Source of the DNA: the human T2T-CHM13v2.0 reference genome, Homo sapiens
Length of the DNA stretch: 64,000 nucleotides
NCBI RefSeq assembly: GCF_009914755.1
Contig: NC_060927.1
Reading direction: 5' to 3' (one strand)
Translations under genes and position numbers: made by a program
Notes under the pieces: generated by a model
The model's database searches: none
Seen by the model: only the letters and a program-made list of their open reading frames with translations
What the model was told of the DNA's origin: nothing
In this document: positions 41,411 through 63,196 of the stretch, one piece after another
How the letters are laid out: each line of letters begins with the position of its first letter
Numbering within the stretch: the stretch's first letter is position 1

Positions 41411-43834
41411 CTAAAAGAAAAAAGAATGGAAATTAAAAATTGCAATGACTGCTTCCATATTTCCTCATCCTTTTTCATGTTATCTAAAAATCAAGGAAAA
41501 TGTCTTACCCTAGTTCTAAACATTCCAAGTACATTTTAAATTTTTTTCTCTGTCATGGTATGATTTTTTTAGCTGAAAAAAAAGCCATACTGTTAGGCAG
41601 TATTTTAGATACTTTTGGCATGAATATCCCAAAGCAGTATGTTCTATCTTCCTAATTGGAGGCAGCCCTGGACCTGAATTGGGAATACTGTTAAAGTTAC
41701 TCTACTCACATCTAAGGGGAATCTAAAGTAGGGCTGCCAGGGAAAAATGTTTCACATTAAAAAACAGGTAAGATTTCAAACAGAACTTATGTTGTGAAAC
41801 CATCCTTCTACTTTGACATCACACACCACATCTGACTCAGCTATAACCAGCTTTATAATCAAGGCACCAGTGATAAATGGTGATCCTTTTCTAGCATCAT
41901 TTAGCAAATCAAATGTAGAACTTTAGAAAAATATAGATGCTAGGCCCCACTGAGACCTACTAGACAAACTGGTCCAGCATTCCCTGAAGGAGACTTTGGT
42001 GCATACTGCCAAGGATGGATGGAGAAATGTTGTGACCATTGCTCTTTTTTTCTTTAATACAAAGTATATGGTGATCACCACTTAATAATTTACCCATTAA
42101 TTCCAAGAAACACAAGTACTATTAGAAACATTAATTTTAAAAGAAGCAAAACAAAAGATGACTGAATCCAAACTTAATATGAATACATTTTGTCCCATGG
42201 AGAACTTCTGCCATCTTACAATTTAGAAATCTTTGTGTAGTCTGATTATTTTTCCACAGTTTTCTTCATAAGAAATCTAAGACTGTCTTTACTTTAGTTT
42301 AAAATTTCTATTTATTTACTTTTGATTATATTCTCATGGCTTAAAAATAAAAAATTCTAAGTACATAGTGAAGAGTGTCTTTTTCCCTTGTCCCCTTTTC
42401 TTCCACTTCGCAGCTCCCATTCTCCCTAGAAGACAACCACTATTTGCAATTTCTTATGTATTCTTCCAGACAGTTTGTATGCAAAATAAGCATATTGAAT
42501 ATATACACTCTTTCCTACTCCCTTTTCAGCATACTACATACTGTCAGGCCCCTTGCTTTAGTCATTTAAAGTGTCTTGAGGGACTTTCTGTGTCAATACT
42601 AAAAGAGCTCCCTCATTCTTTGCCACACTGCTTCTGCATTTTATTACATGGACGTATCAGAATTTATGTAACCATTTTCTTATTGGTGGGCATTTAGTTG
42701 CTATTACAAACAGTGCTACAATTGGTGATCTTATAAGTACATCATTTAACAAATGTGGAATTAGGCTAAATTCTGGAAAGTGAAATGGCTGAGTCAAAGG
42801 GGACATGCATTTGTAATTTTGATAGATAAATACGAAGCTGCACTCCATGGGTTGACCAGCTCATGCTTCCACCAGCAGCATATGACAGTGCCTGGCTTCC
42901 TGAACTTGCAATATGTTTGTAACTAAACTTTCAGGTTTTTTTTAAAATCACCTATATTGAGTTATAATTTACATACAATAAACTGCATGCATTTAAGGTA
43001 TATACTTCATTACCTTTTGATAGGTGTATTTACCTGTGAAACCACCACCACCACAAACAAGACACAGGACATTTCCATTTCCCCCAAAAGATTCCTCATG
43101 ACCTTGCAATTCAGCCCTCTCTTTACACCTGTGTCCAAACAAAATATGATCTGCTTTTTGTCAATATAGATTTGTTTGCATATTCCAAAATCACATATAC
43201 ATTTAAGATTGCTATGTCTTCCTGGTAATTTGACACTTTTATCATCATAGAATGGTCCTCTCTGGCAATTTTTGCACAGATGTCTATTTTATCTGATACT
43301 AATATAGTCATTCCTTCTTTCTTTTGATTAATATTTCCATATATATCTTTTTCTATTCTTTTACTTTAAACCTACCTAAATCATATTTGACTTGAGATTC
43401 TTAGAGACAGCATATACTTCAGTCATGTGTTTTAATCCACTCTCCCAATCTCTGTCTTTAATTGTTGTTTGACCATTTACAGGTAATGTAGTTATTGATA
43501 TGTTAGGATGTACGGCTGGTCATTTCCTTGTTTTCTGTTTGTTCCCTGTTTTTCATTTCTCTGCTTTCTTTTTCCTGTCTTACTGTGGTTTACTTGAACA
43601 TTTTTCAGAATTCCATTTTGGTTTATCTATAATGTTCCTGAGTATATCTTTTGTGTAATGTTTTTAGTGGTTGCTCTAGGTATTATATATCCGTAACTTA
43701 TCACATTCTACTTGTGTCATCTTTTATCAGTTTGAGTGAAGCACAGAAACCTTACCTCCCTCTACCATCTGTTATTTATAATATACTTGTCTTGATATAG
43801 GGAAAAGAATCAGACAGTGTATCTTGTCAACATA

Positions 43835-43960
43835 GGTTGGGTATAGTGGCTCATGCCTGTAATCCTAGCACTTTGGAAGGCCAAGGTGGTAGGATCATTT
43901 GAGGCCAACCTGGTCAACATAGTGGGAGCCCATGCCTACAAAAAATAAAAAAATAAAAAA
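43835..43960 (+). mobile_element. FLAM / Alu left monomer
   Basis: Single monomer with A-rich tail. Confidence 0.75.
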
Positions 43961-44259
43961 AATTTTTTTCTACATATATTTAGAATCATTGGACAGTATT
44001 ATAAGTTTTGCTTCAACCATCAAACATAACATAGAAAACTCAATAAGAGAAGAAAAGTCTATTTTGTTTACTAATATTTTTGGTTACCATGTTTTTTCTT
44101 CTACAGGTTCCCAGATTTCTTCTTTCATAATTCCTTAGTTAAGAGAACTTCCTATAGCTATTCTCTTAGGATAGGTGTACTGGCAACAAATTCTCTTAGT
44201 TCGCCTGCATCTGAAAGTGTCTTGCTTTTTCCTTCATTTCTGAAAAATATTATCTCTGG

Positions 44260-44314
<55 letters not shown>

Positions 44315-44350
44315 TGTATGTATGTATATGTGTGTATTTTATATATATAC
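44260..44350. repeat. (TA)n(TATG)n compound microsatellite
   Basis: Read directly from the sequence. Confidence 0.93.
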
Positions 44351-44358
44351 ACACACTA

Positions 44359-44682
<324 letters not shown>

Positions 44683-45097
44683 TGAAAAATATTTTGCCAC
44701 TTTCTTCTGGCCTCCATAGCTTCCAATAAGAAATTGCCTGTCATTCTAATTGTTTTCCCCCTATAGGTAAGATGTTATTTCTCTTTTGATGCTCTTGAAA
44801 TGCTGTCTTTAGCTTTCAAGTGTTTACGATGTGTGTTGGCAAGGATTTCTTTGGTTTATCTTGTTTGGGGTTCACAATGCTTCTTGAATCTGCAGTTTTG
44901 GGTCTCTTGCCACATTTAAAAAGTTCTTAGCCGTTATTTATTCAAGTACTTTTTGGGCCCCTCCCTCTTTCTTCTCTCCTTCTGTAACTCCAGTGACATG
45001 AATGTTAGCTCTTTTTTATACCCCCACAGGTCCCTGAGGCTATGTTTGTGCTTACAGAATATTTTCTCTCTGTTGTTCAGACTGGATAATTTCTCTC

Positions 45098-45391
45098 TTT
45101 TTTTTTTTTTTGAGATGGAGTCCCACACTGTTGCTCGGGCTGGAGTGCAGTGGCGCAATCCAGCTCACTTCAACTTCTGCCTCCCAGGTTCAAGTGATTC
45201 TCCTGCCTCAGCCTCCCAAGTAGCTGGGATTATAAGTGCCCACCACCACGCCCAGCTAATTTTTTGTATTTTTAGTAGAGATGGGGTTTCACCACGTTGG
45301 CCAGGCTGGTCTCGAACTTCTGACCTCATGATCTGCCTGCCTTGGCCTCCCAAAGTGCTGGGATTACAGGCGTGAGCCACAGCACCCAGCT
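45098..45391 (-). mobile_element. AluS
   Basis: Antisense dimer; TSD GATAATTTCT. Confidence 0.9.
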
Positions 45392-45737
45392 GATAATTTC
45401 TTTTATTCTATTTTCCAGTTTCTGATTCTTTCCTCTATCCCTTCCATTCTGCTGTTGCACTCATTCAGTGAGCTTTTTATTTCAATTATGGTATTTGTCA
45501 CTTCTAAAATATCAATGTGATTCTCTTTTATATCTTCCATCTCTTTGCTGAGATATCCTAATTCTGTTTTTTCATTTGTTTCAGATATGGTCATAATTAC
45601 TCATTGAAACTTTTATATAAGGCTGTTTTAAAATCTCTGTCCAATATTTCTAACCTGTGTCACCTTGGTAGTGGCATCTGCTGACTGTCTTTTCTCATTA
45701 AGCTTGATTTCTTCCTGGTTCTTTCTATGATGAGTGA

Positions 45738-46050
<313 letters not shown>

Positions 46051-46825
46051 GATCAGTGATTTTTTAAATAGAAACCTGGACATGTTAGGAGAGATAAGAT
46101 TCTATATCTCATTTAAACCTTCTGTTTTAGTTGATTTCTCTGACACCATTCCAGCAAGGGAAGAGGGGATAACGCCTTATTACTACCAGGTAGAGGTAGA
46201 AGTCCAGGTTCCCCATGTAGAAACCACTGGCATCCAGGGGGGATTCCTCATTATTGCTGGGCAAGGATGGGTGCTCTGCTTCCCACTAGACCTCTACTGA
46301 TTCTTCCTTCAGGGAGAGAAGGACAGGTGCCTCATATATGTTCCCATGTGGCCTCCACTGTGCAGGGTTGTGGTGAAACTCCTTATATTCCACTAGGCTT
46401 CCTCTGAGACCACCCCAGGACTAGAAAACTAGACTAGCAAAAACTAAAAAAGGAGTCTCATTACTGCCAGATAGGAGCAGAAGTCTAGGCTCCCCATGTG
46501 GCTTCCACTGACACTGTAGCAGAGAGGGTCTCATTAATACTGGCTGAGATGAAGTCTTAGCTGGCTACTTTCCCAGAAGATTGTCAGAGTTTCACATCTA
46601 AAAGGGGTCTTAGAAATTATATTTATCTCCCCTAACCCCCAATTTTAAAAACAAGAAAAGTGAAGCTAGACAAAGTTAATGGTTATCCAAGGCCACACAG
46701 CTAGTTTGTAGCCAAACAAACAAATTCAGTTTTCCTAAATCTCTCTGTAGGGCTTACTTTTTAATTTTTTTTCCCTGTCATAACACCTCGTATTTTTATT
46801 TTTTAAAGGAATAATTTTTTTCTCA

Positions 46826-47089
<264 letters not shown>

Positions 47090-49010
47090 CTAATCAAAGC
47101 TGTGGCCTCTAACTATTCAAAAAAACCTCAAAGAGTTTCCCCACCATACACCAGTGTTTCTCCAACTTCTGACACCCTCAGGCTTCATGATCATCCCACA
47201 CACATGCAATAATAATTTCAGTTTAAGAAAAGTATTCATCACAATATTTTAAAGCAATCATAAGCATTAATATTTTCAAATTAATAAACATTATTATTAT
47301 CGCATCTCTGAATCAGTCTTTCACTAAGATATGCATATTAGGCTCAGTATTAGTGTAAGTCAGAGTCCACTTCCAGTCAGTTTTTCTTATTTTATATTTT
47401 ACTAAATAGAAAATCTCAAACACAACAATAGGGTATTGGGAATGGCAAAAGGTGCTTCTTCCAGATGTTCTGGATATCTGAATCAAGTATGAACCACCGA
47501 TTCTGAGTCTCACTGGCTATTTTCGAGGTTCACCAGAAAGTACCACTAAACACATAAACCTCAGAACTGGCAGGTTACATGCTCAACTTGGGATTCAAGG
47601 GCGAGCAGTTTCTAAATAACTTGGTTGGTTGCATTTGGCTCTAGATGGTATGTTCTCATGTTGTGTTGCAGCATCTAGTTATGGTTCTTAAATATACCCA
47701 GTGACATTGCATCAATCTCTTTCTCTGAAGGATGAATAAATCAAGAGTTGGGAAAAGAGTAAAAATCTTAGCAATCAAGCCATTTTTACCACATTCAGTC
47801 TTAAGAAATCCTGATACCCTATGCTCAGCATTCAAAATTGCACTGTTTCAGGCTGTAAAGATCAAGCCTGTGCAGAGATGTGCAGGCAGTTTTTCTCAGG
47901 TGTGCTATTGGGAAGCCTCTGAAAATCATGCAAAGGCCTTCTTGGAGTTATTAGTGTATAGCACCAGGGGAGCCCTTTCCAAACACAGCAGCGTGCTCCA
48001 CACTCTGTGTTTCCCCACACTCTGTGTTTCCATCTCTCGGGGTGATTCTGAGTGATGATAGCTACACGTTAACACTGTATCAGCACCTTTTACACTTCTG
48101 AGTGCTTTTGAGCCAAGAAATTTAGCAAACCAAGGACATAATCCAACAGCAAGAAGGAAAAAAAATGAAAATTCAACAAAGAAAACACATACACACACTA
48201 AGAATATATTAACCAAGACACAATCTACCCTATTCTCTCTTTTTGTTGGACCATGCTATCAACACTCAGCTGAGAAGTTTTAAACTGATAAAATGTTATT
48301 TACTAAAAACACGGAACAAACATAACACACAATGGTGAGAAGATAAAAAAATCAGAAATAAGATAAAGATTCCTGTGATAATTACTTCTATTCAAATTGT
48401 ATTGAACATACCAGTAAGCCTAGTAGATAATAAAAAGGGTAAAAACTGAAGGAAGAAAGAAAATGGTCATTATTTATAGCTCAAATTACTGTCTATGTAG
48501 AAAATCCAACAAAATCTATAGAAAATGTTTTGGAAATAACAGGAGAGTTCAGCAAAATTGTGGGTAAAAGATATAAAAATTAACAGCATTCCCATATGCC
48601 AGCAACAAACAATTAGAAATTGTATTTTTAAAGAGATACTATTTATAAAAAGGAAAAGGAAAGTTTCAAAAGTATTGACCCACAGATAATTTATTCATTA
48701 TAAAATGAAGGAAAAAAAAAAACACTGTGCAATCTGCCTTTTACCAAGCCAACCGAATGATCAAACAAGGTGACCCCACAAAATGGGCAACCAGACGTCA
48801 ACACATCCTGATGGGGTACAATGGTGGTATACTTCCAAAATCATTTCACTCAAATCTTATGAGAAATAAGATCAAACAATAGATTTACAAAAGCCAATTC
48901 CTTGAAAAACGGCAAGGAGGTTGTTCTAGAGCTGTAGTTTTCAAGCTTTTTTGGTCTTAAGGAGCCCTAAACTCTTAAAAATTATTGAGGACATTAAAGA
49001 CATTTTGTTT

Positions 49011-49323
<313 letters not shown>

Positions 49324-49388
49324 TTATGTGAGTTTATCTAGTTGATGCTTTGATGCTTACCATATTATTAATTAAAACTGAGAAATTA

Positions 49389-49684
49389 GGTCAGGCATGG
49401 TGGCTCATCCCAACACTTTGGGAGGCCAAGGTGGGAGAACTGCTTAAATCCAGGAGTTCAAGACCAGCCTGGGCAACACAGTGAGAGCCCATCTCTACAA
49501 AAAATACAAAAATAAGCCAGGCATGATGGTACATGCCTGTAGTCCCAGCTACTCAGGAGGCTGAGGTAGAAGGATCGCTTGAGCCTGGGAGGTTGAGGTT
49601 GCAGTGAGCCACTATTGCCACCACTGCCCTCCAACCTGTGTGACAAAGTGAGACCCTGTCTCACCAGAAAAAAAAAAAAAAAAA
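49389..49684 (+). mobile_element. AluJ
   Basis: AluJ diagnostics; TSD about CTGAGAAATT. Confidence 0.88.
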
Positions 49685-52600
49685 GCTGAGAAATTTTAAA
49701 GATCTTCCATTAATACATTTAAATAATAACATATTAACATAAATGTCTTTTGAAAAATAATTACATTTCAAAAAATGTTAATGCAGACTGGCACTTTTTA
49801 CATTTCTGGCAAACCTCTGTAATGTATCATTTAGTAGAAGGCAGTTCATTTACTGTGCAGCAATATGATGTTCTACTTGGAATAGTCGTCATGAAAATTC
49901 AGCCTCACCCAGCTATGCAGTTGGATATGAGTGGGCAGTTCACAGGAAAAGGACAGCAGAGGACAGTGAAGATCTAGGAAGCAACACATCTTAGTCCTGG
50001 GCTGGTGGAACAGCAATCAGGAGACCCAGGGGATTACCATGGGTGGGAATATTACAGAGAATTTCTTTTTATATATTGACTCTATCCTGCATTTTCTAAG
50101 TTTTCTACAGGGAGTGAGAAAGTATTACTTTTATAGTAATGTTTTTAAAGTTTCGGCCAAATTGCTTTTTCCCAAAGCTTGGCAACATTATTTTAGACTC
50201 ACATATAACAGTCAGGATGAGCTTACAGAAAATACAGTTCTAAATTCATTGATTTCAATTAGGAGAAAAATGGACCCAGAAGAAAGGATTCATGCATAGG
50301 AAACAATCATCTAGAATAAATGTGATCCAAAAGTATCCCCGCCTCCAAATACATGGAGAGAACTGAAATGGCAAATATCCAACATCACTCCAGTGGAGAC
50401 GGTGAAAAAGAAACCTGTAAGAGATCAGGAGTGGGAAATGGCCAGATCACGCAGAACCCTGCAGGTCCAAAAAGGAGTGGCACTGTAAACCCTAGAGTTC
50501 AGTCACAGACCCAGAGCCTGAGAGAGAAATCAATATATTATTTCCTTTACTTCACATCAGAGAACCTGTGGTGTATAACAGAAAGATTCTGAATTGGGAA
50601 GGCAAGGTCTTGAACCTTCTTTCTGATTTAGTCACCAAATAATTAATGACATAGAGCTTCCTTTGCTTATTTTTGACATGGGAATAGCCATGCCTCCCCC
50701 ACCGTCCTTCATAAAGGTTTTGTCAGATACCTTGAAATGTCAAAAGAGGTAAGATCTGAGATTTTGGCAGTGTCACATCACTGGCATACAGTTCTTAGAT
50801 AAATTAGAATTGCTCAGATGAGGACTGTACTAAAAACCATTCACTGAGCCAGGGGCAAAGCAGGAGAAACCCATCTTCAGAAGATTATGAATCGTGTTTT
50901 GGGTACTTCAGGAGATAATGTTGTTTGCCCAAACTATTTCAGAGAAAAAGAACAGCTGAAAGCAGATTCTAATTGATTATAGAAAGAGAAGTAGGAAACT
51001 AAAGACAACAATATGGAGAATTATTGCAGAAAACTGTGAGGGGAAGGAAAGACAGGATAAAAACAGCAGAAGATGTGAAGAGTTTGCTTAGTTCAAAATA
51101 GGCAAGTTGCTGACTTGGTGGAGCAGTTAGGAGGAGAAGAAGTAGATACAAGAGTACCAGGTGATGGCTGGTGACAGAAGGCCTCCAAAGATGAGGGGGG
51201 ATGGAATGAGAGTACAGGGGATGGACTGCTGGTGCAGTTTCTATAAGACAGTGAAAAAAGGAAAAGAAATGTGGCCAAGAATACCACCCCCAAGCATAGG
51301 CAAGGAAAGGATCCTGACATAATGGGAACTTTTATCCCATAGTAAAATGACATAATTTAACTTTTATCCCATAGTAAGCTAGCACTCAACCAATCCAGAA
51401 AGGACAGCTCCACACTTGTGCCCACATGCTCCTTCTCTTTAATTCTTCCTCTGTGAGACAGAGTAGGTGTGTGTCTTTTCTCTATGCTTCATATATAAAT
51501 ATAAACAATGTTACTGTTCAAAGTTTACTATGTGTTTATACTTTGAATCATCTCCCTCAAACACAGCAATGACAGAAGGGGCTAGGATCTGTATCCTATG
51601 GGGAGGAGAACCAAGAGCACCCTCTCCCCTGGAGTGTAACTGGAGCCAGGCTTGCTGAGCAAAACCAGGGGTTGGGACAATGCTCCCTGCCCTTCAAAGG
51701 AGGCTTTAAAAAAGCTACAACTGCTGCCTGGTAACTACAGCTATGTCAACAGCATGCCACCTACTGGCTCTGTGACCAGATCTATAAAATCCTCATCACC
51801 ACCACAAGATGGGAGCTCTGGGCTACAAACACCTGGTTCTGGATGAGGGGCTTGGAGGCTCAGTGGGGGCAACTGCAAAAAATAAGGCAGAAGTGAGCAG
51901 AGAGAAAAAGACAAAGTCCTACTCAACATGAACATACAAATTCCTAAGCACATGAGAAAAATTATGAAAGTCAGTCAAGACACTCAAAAATCAGGAGATA
52001 AACTCATTCAAGATGAAAAACAAGACTATGAAAGTTTCACAATAATGGGCTCTCAGTAAATGACCCACTGAAGGATCTATTTCACCAGAAAGAATACTGT
52101 AGCAACAAGGAAGGTGCAGGATGTTAAGAAACAATGGCCTAAAAAAAATGTGAAATATAGAAACAGTGAATGTAGTCAGAGCTCAATAAAAGTTGGCTGA
52201 ACACATAGATTTTATGAGCTAGACCTTTCAAATATTAAAAGTGTAAATCTCTAATGATCTGCTTGTAGTTCCTAAAAGTAATTCAGAAAGTCTCTGTCTT
52301 AAAAGAACTGTTTTATATTTATACAACAGCACTAATGTAAACTAAAATTCAATCTTCAGATTGGCATTCCATTGTTCATCAATGAGTCTCTATCTTTTGT
52401 TTGTGCAGCCATCATTTTCCATGAGTTTGAAGTGTCAAGAGCGAGCAATGCTGCTGCCTCTTCAGGGACCATCTCTCCCGTTCTGTCATCTCTGGGGCAA
52501 CTATTCTACCCTGCTCTCCGCAAAGCAAAGCAGTCATGTAATTCTCCAAATTTGCCCTTTGGTGTCATTATGCGTAACTTTAGATTTCAGACAGCAGTGC

Positions 52601-52743
52601 TTCAATGCAAAGTTCTATCCCTTTCACTTTAAAGTGGTTCATGATGAGGAAACTGACTGGAAAGCACTTCTAGAATAGTCACATCTGAGATCATGAATGT
52701 ATAACATTTGTTGAACTCAGTGCATGGCTATTATTCACTCTCA

Positions 52744-52959
<216 letters not shown>

Positions 52960-53645
52960 CTAAAGAGAAGCACACAAATCACATTTTGGGAATACAGCTT
53001 AATAAAACTATAGCATTTGTATAAATTATATATAAATTAAACTACAGTATTTATAGCATAAATACAATTATGCAACAAATAAAATGGAATCTTCAATAAA
53101 TAGCATACTATTGTGTTATAAAAACTAGTATTAGAAAAGCTAGGTGTTAGAATGGTGTTTCTAATTTATGGTTTTTCACATGAAAGACCAAGATTAAAAG
53201 ATAAATAAGATTATAATACAAATAATGTTATAATAAGAAACAAACTGGTCAATTAAACAGTCCCAACACAAGGAAATAATAAATGTTTGAGAGGATGGAT
53301 ATGTTAACTACCCTGATCTGACTGCGATACATTTTATGTATTAAAACATCACCAAGTACTTCATGAATATGTACAATTATTTGTCAATTCTACAACTTTA
53401 AAAAAAGAATCATTACAAAAATGAATTAACTTGCAATTGTGTTCTTCGACATTTCATCCTGACTGCAACATATAAATCTAAATGATGTTGCCAACTCTGG
53501 ATAAAAAAAGTTTGGCTAAATTCTTTTTTAAAGAATTTAAATTATACCACTAATACATACCCTCACTACAAAAATAAAACAGAAAAAAAATCCACATATT
53601 TACAGTCAACTGATTTTCTATAAAGGCACTAAGAATGTATATTGA

Positions 53646-54260
<615 letters not shown>

Positions 54261-55618
54261 AAGAATGTATATTGGAGAAAAAACAACCTCTTCAATAAAT
54301 GGTGCTGGGAAAACCAGGTATCTATATGCAGAAGAATGAAACTAGACCCCTCTCTATCACCACAAACAAAAGTCAACTCAAAATGGATTAAAGATCTAAA
54401 CATAAGACCCAAAACTATAAAACTACTAGAAGAAAACATAGGGGAAATACTACAGGACATTGGTCTAAGCAAAGTTCCCACCATTTTATGGCTAGGACCT
54501 AAAAAGCACAGGCAACAAAACCAAAAATAGACAACTGTGACTATATTAAAGAAAAAAGTTTCTGCACAGCAAAGGAAACAACACAGTGAAGAGACAATCT
54601 GTTGAATGGGAGAAAAGATCTGCAGACTATTCATCTGACAAGGAACTAATACCTAGAATACCAGAATATACAAGGAACTCAAACAATACCAAAAATACAA
54701 ATAATCCCATTAAAGTAGGCAAAAGACATGAATAGACATTTCTCTAAAGAAGACATTTACATAGCCACAGGTATATGAAAAAATACTCAACACCACTCAT
54801 CATCAGGGACATGCAAATCAAAGCCACAATGAGATATCATCCTACTCCAAATAGAATTGCTATTATTAAAAAGACCCAAAAAATCCAGATGCTGACAAGA
54901 ACGTGCAACAAAGGGAACTCTTATACACTGTTGTTGGTAGAAATGGAAATTGATACAGACATTATATAAAAGAGTATGGCGAGAGGTTTTTTTTTTTTTT
55001 TTTTGAGACATCTAAAAAAAAACCTGAAAATAGAACAACCATAGAATCCAGCATTCTGACTACTGGGTATTTATCCAAAGGAAAAGAAATGAGCATATCA
55101 AACGGACACCTGCACCCCCATGTTTACTGCAGCACTATTTGTAACAATAAAGAAACAGAATCAACCTCAGTGTCTATCAACAGATGAATAGATAAGGAAA
55201 ATGTGGTATATATACACAATGGAATACTAGTTGGCCATAAAAAAGACTGAAATTCTGTCAATTGCAGCAACACGGATGGAACTGGAGGTCATTATGTTAA
55301 GTGAAATAAGCCGGGCACAGAAAGACAAATATCACAGGCTCCCACTCACACTTGGGAGCTAAAAAAGTTGATCTCATAGAGATAGAGTGGGACGACGGTT
55401 ACCAGAGGCTGGGTGGGTGTGTGTTGGGGAGAGGAGGATAAAGAGAAGCTGATCGAGAGGTACAAACATACAATTAGAGAGAAGAAATAAGTTCTAACAT
55501 ATGAGAGCAGAGTAGGGTGATTATGGTTAACAATAATGTATTGTATGCTCCCAACATATAGAAATGATAAATACTCGAGATGATAGATACTCTAAATACC
55601 TTGATTGATCATTACACA

Positions 55619-55900
55619 TTTTTTTTTTTGAGACACGGTCTCACTTTGCAGTGCAGTGGCGTGATCACAGTTCACTGCAGCCTGGAGCTCCCAGGCTCAG
55701 ACGATCCTCCCACCTCAGTCTCCCAGGTAGCTGAGACTACAGGCAAGTGCTACCACACCCAGCTAACTTTTTGTATATTTGGTAGAGACAGGATTTTGCC
55801 ACGTTGCCCAGGTTGGTCTTGAACTCCTGGGCTCAAGCAATCTGCCTGCCTCAGCCTCCTAAAGTGCTGGGATTACAGGTATGAGCCATTATGCCCGGCC
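55619..55900 (-). mobile_element. AluJ
   Basis: TSD TCATTACACATTTT. Confidence 0.88.
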
Positions 55901-57186
55901 TTCATTACACATTTTATGAATGTAACAAAACAGCATATGTACCCCATAAAAATGTACAACTATGTATGTATTATTAAAAAAAAAATAGAAAAAAAGAGCC
56001 ACCCATAATTACACAACCATGACAAAACCACTGCTACTTCTTGGGATATTTCTTTCCAATCATATATAAAAATAAAACTATAATTATCCTATATGGATAC
56101 ACTTTGTTTACTGCTTTTCTCACTTAATATGTTTGAGCATTTTCCCATATCATTAAAAATTCTTTTTTACTTGGCCTGTACACTGCTGTTGAATTAACTA
56201 TTACTCCCAATTTTGGCTATTATAATGCTGGTGCTTGGATATCTATGTACATGAATCTTCGCTCCTCTCTGAAGATTTACTAGGGATGAGTTAAGTTTCT
56301 TGGCAAAGCTATCAAGAGAGCTGGTTTCCAGAGATGTATCAATCTCCACTTTTCTCAGATAGATATGAATGTTTCCATCACACCCCACCTTTGCTGGTAT
56401 TACAACTGTTTTTTTAAGCGGTTCTCCTCCATTCCCCTATCTTCTGCTAAGTAAAGGAGACTCTCTAAAGCAGAAGAAATGAGAAGTCACATCCAACTAA
56501 TACACTATTACATGGGACCACTGTTACATGTACATCCAACTCATCAATTCCAAATGTACTACTTTAAACTTTCTCTATTTTGAAAAATAATTTTTAACAA
56601 GTGGAGTCTAGCCTTTGAGACTGCTCACCAACAATCTCAGAATATTAAAACTGGGAAAAAACAGCCATTTACTTATAACTGGTTCAAATATAAAAAGGAG
56701 AATTTAGAAATCAATAATTTGTTCTTAATTTATTATTCATTGGTATTATGTGATCCAGAAATGACAACACACCAAAATAAATGTCAGACACTTTAGAAAA
56801 GATACAGCACTGCATACGATCCACTGGTCTCTAAAGTTTAACAACTTATTAACTTAAAAATTAAATTTGCGAGACCTAAGGTTACACCAATCATCCCCAT
56901 CCAAGGCACACAAAACAGTTCAGTTAATGAATACTATATTTTTGCTGTTAGAGTTGCTTACAAGCTTTGAGGTGAACTATATAATTGATTTTACTGCCCT
57001 ATACTTAATTTTTCAGGTTGGTTAGGTTCAACTCATTTCAGTTGAGCATAATACACAATGCCATTCCTAATAATTTTTTATTTAGAATTTGGCTTAAAAA
57101 CATACAAAATTTAAAAGATTTTATTTGTAAAAATAATTTGAAGGCAATTACAGCATCTAAAGATAGAAAACCACCTCTATGACCTA

Positions 57187-58295
<1,109 letters not shown>

Positions 58296-59309
58296 ATGGG
58301 GAAAAACCTGAACAGAAAAACTGGAAACTCTAAAAAGCAGAGCGCCTCTCCTCCTCCAAAGGAACGCAGTTCCTCAGCAACGGAACAAAGCTGGATGGAG
58401 AATAACTTTGACGAGCTGAGAGAAGAAGGCTTCAGACGATCAAATTACTCTGAGCTACGGGAGGACATTCAAACCAAAGGCAAAGAAGTTGAAAACTTTG
58501 AAAAAAATTCAGAAGAATCTATAACTAGAATAACCAATACAGAGAAGTGCTTAAAGGAGCTGATGGAGCTGAAAACCAAGGCTCGAGAACTACGTGAAGA
58601 ATGCAGAAGCCTCAGGAGCTGATGCAATCAACTGGAAGAAAGGGTATCGGCAATGGAAGATGAAATGAATGAAATGAAGTGAGAAGGGAAGTTTAGAGAA
58701 AAAAGAATAAAAAGAAATGAGCAAAGCCTCCAAGAAATATGGGACTATGTGAAAAGACCAAATCTACATCTGATTGGTGTACCTAAAAGTGATGGGGAGA
58801 ATGGAACCAAGTTGGAAAACACTCTGCAGGATATTATCCAGGAGAACTTCCCCAATCTAGCAAGGCAGGCCAACGTTCAGATTCAGGAAATACAGAGAAC
58901 GCCACAAAGATACTCCTCGAGAAGAGCAACTCCAAGACACATAATTGTCAGATTCACCAAAGTTGATATGAAGGAAAAAATGTTAAGGGCAGCCACAGAG
59001 AAAGGTCGGGTTACCCTTAAAGGGAAGCCCATCAGACTAACAGCAGATCTCTCGGCAGAAACTCTACAAGCCAGAAGAGAGTGGGGGCCAATATTCAACA
59101 TTCTTAAAGAAAAGAATTTTCAACCCAGAATTTCATATCCAGACAAACTAAGCTTCATAAGTGAAGGAGAAATAAAATACTTTATAGACAAGCAAATGCT
59201 GAGAGATTTTGTCACCACCAGGCCTGCCTTACAAGAGCTCCTGAAGGAAGCACTAAACATGGAAAGGAACAACTGGTACCAGCCACTGCAAAATCATGCC
59301 AAAATGTAA
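58296..59309 (+). pseudogene. L1 ORF1p, disrupted by in-frame TGA at 58620-58622 and 58680-58682
   Basis: MGKNLNRKTGNSK... to ...QNHAKM*. Both stops are CGA>TGA-type changes. Confidence 0.93.
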
Positions 59310-59372
59310 AGACCATCGAGACTAGGAAGAAACTGCATCAACTAACGAGCAAACTAACCAGCTAACATCATA

Positions 59373-63196
<3,824 letters not shown>

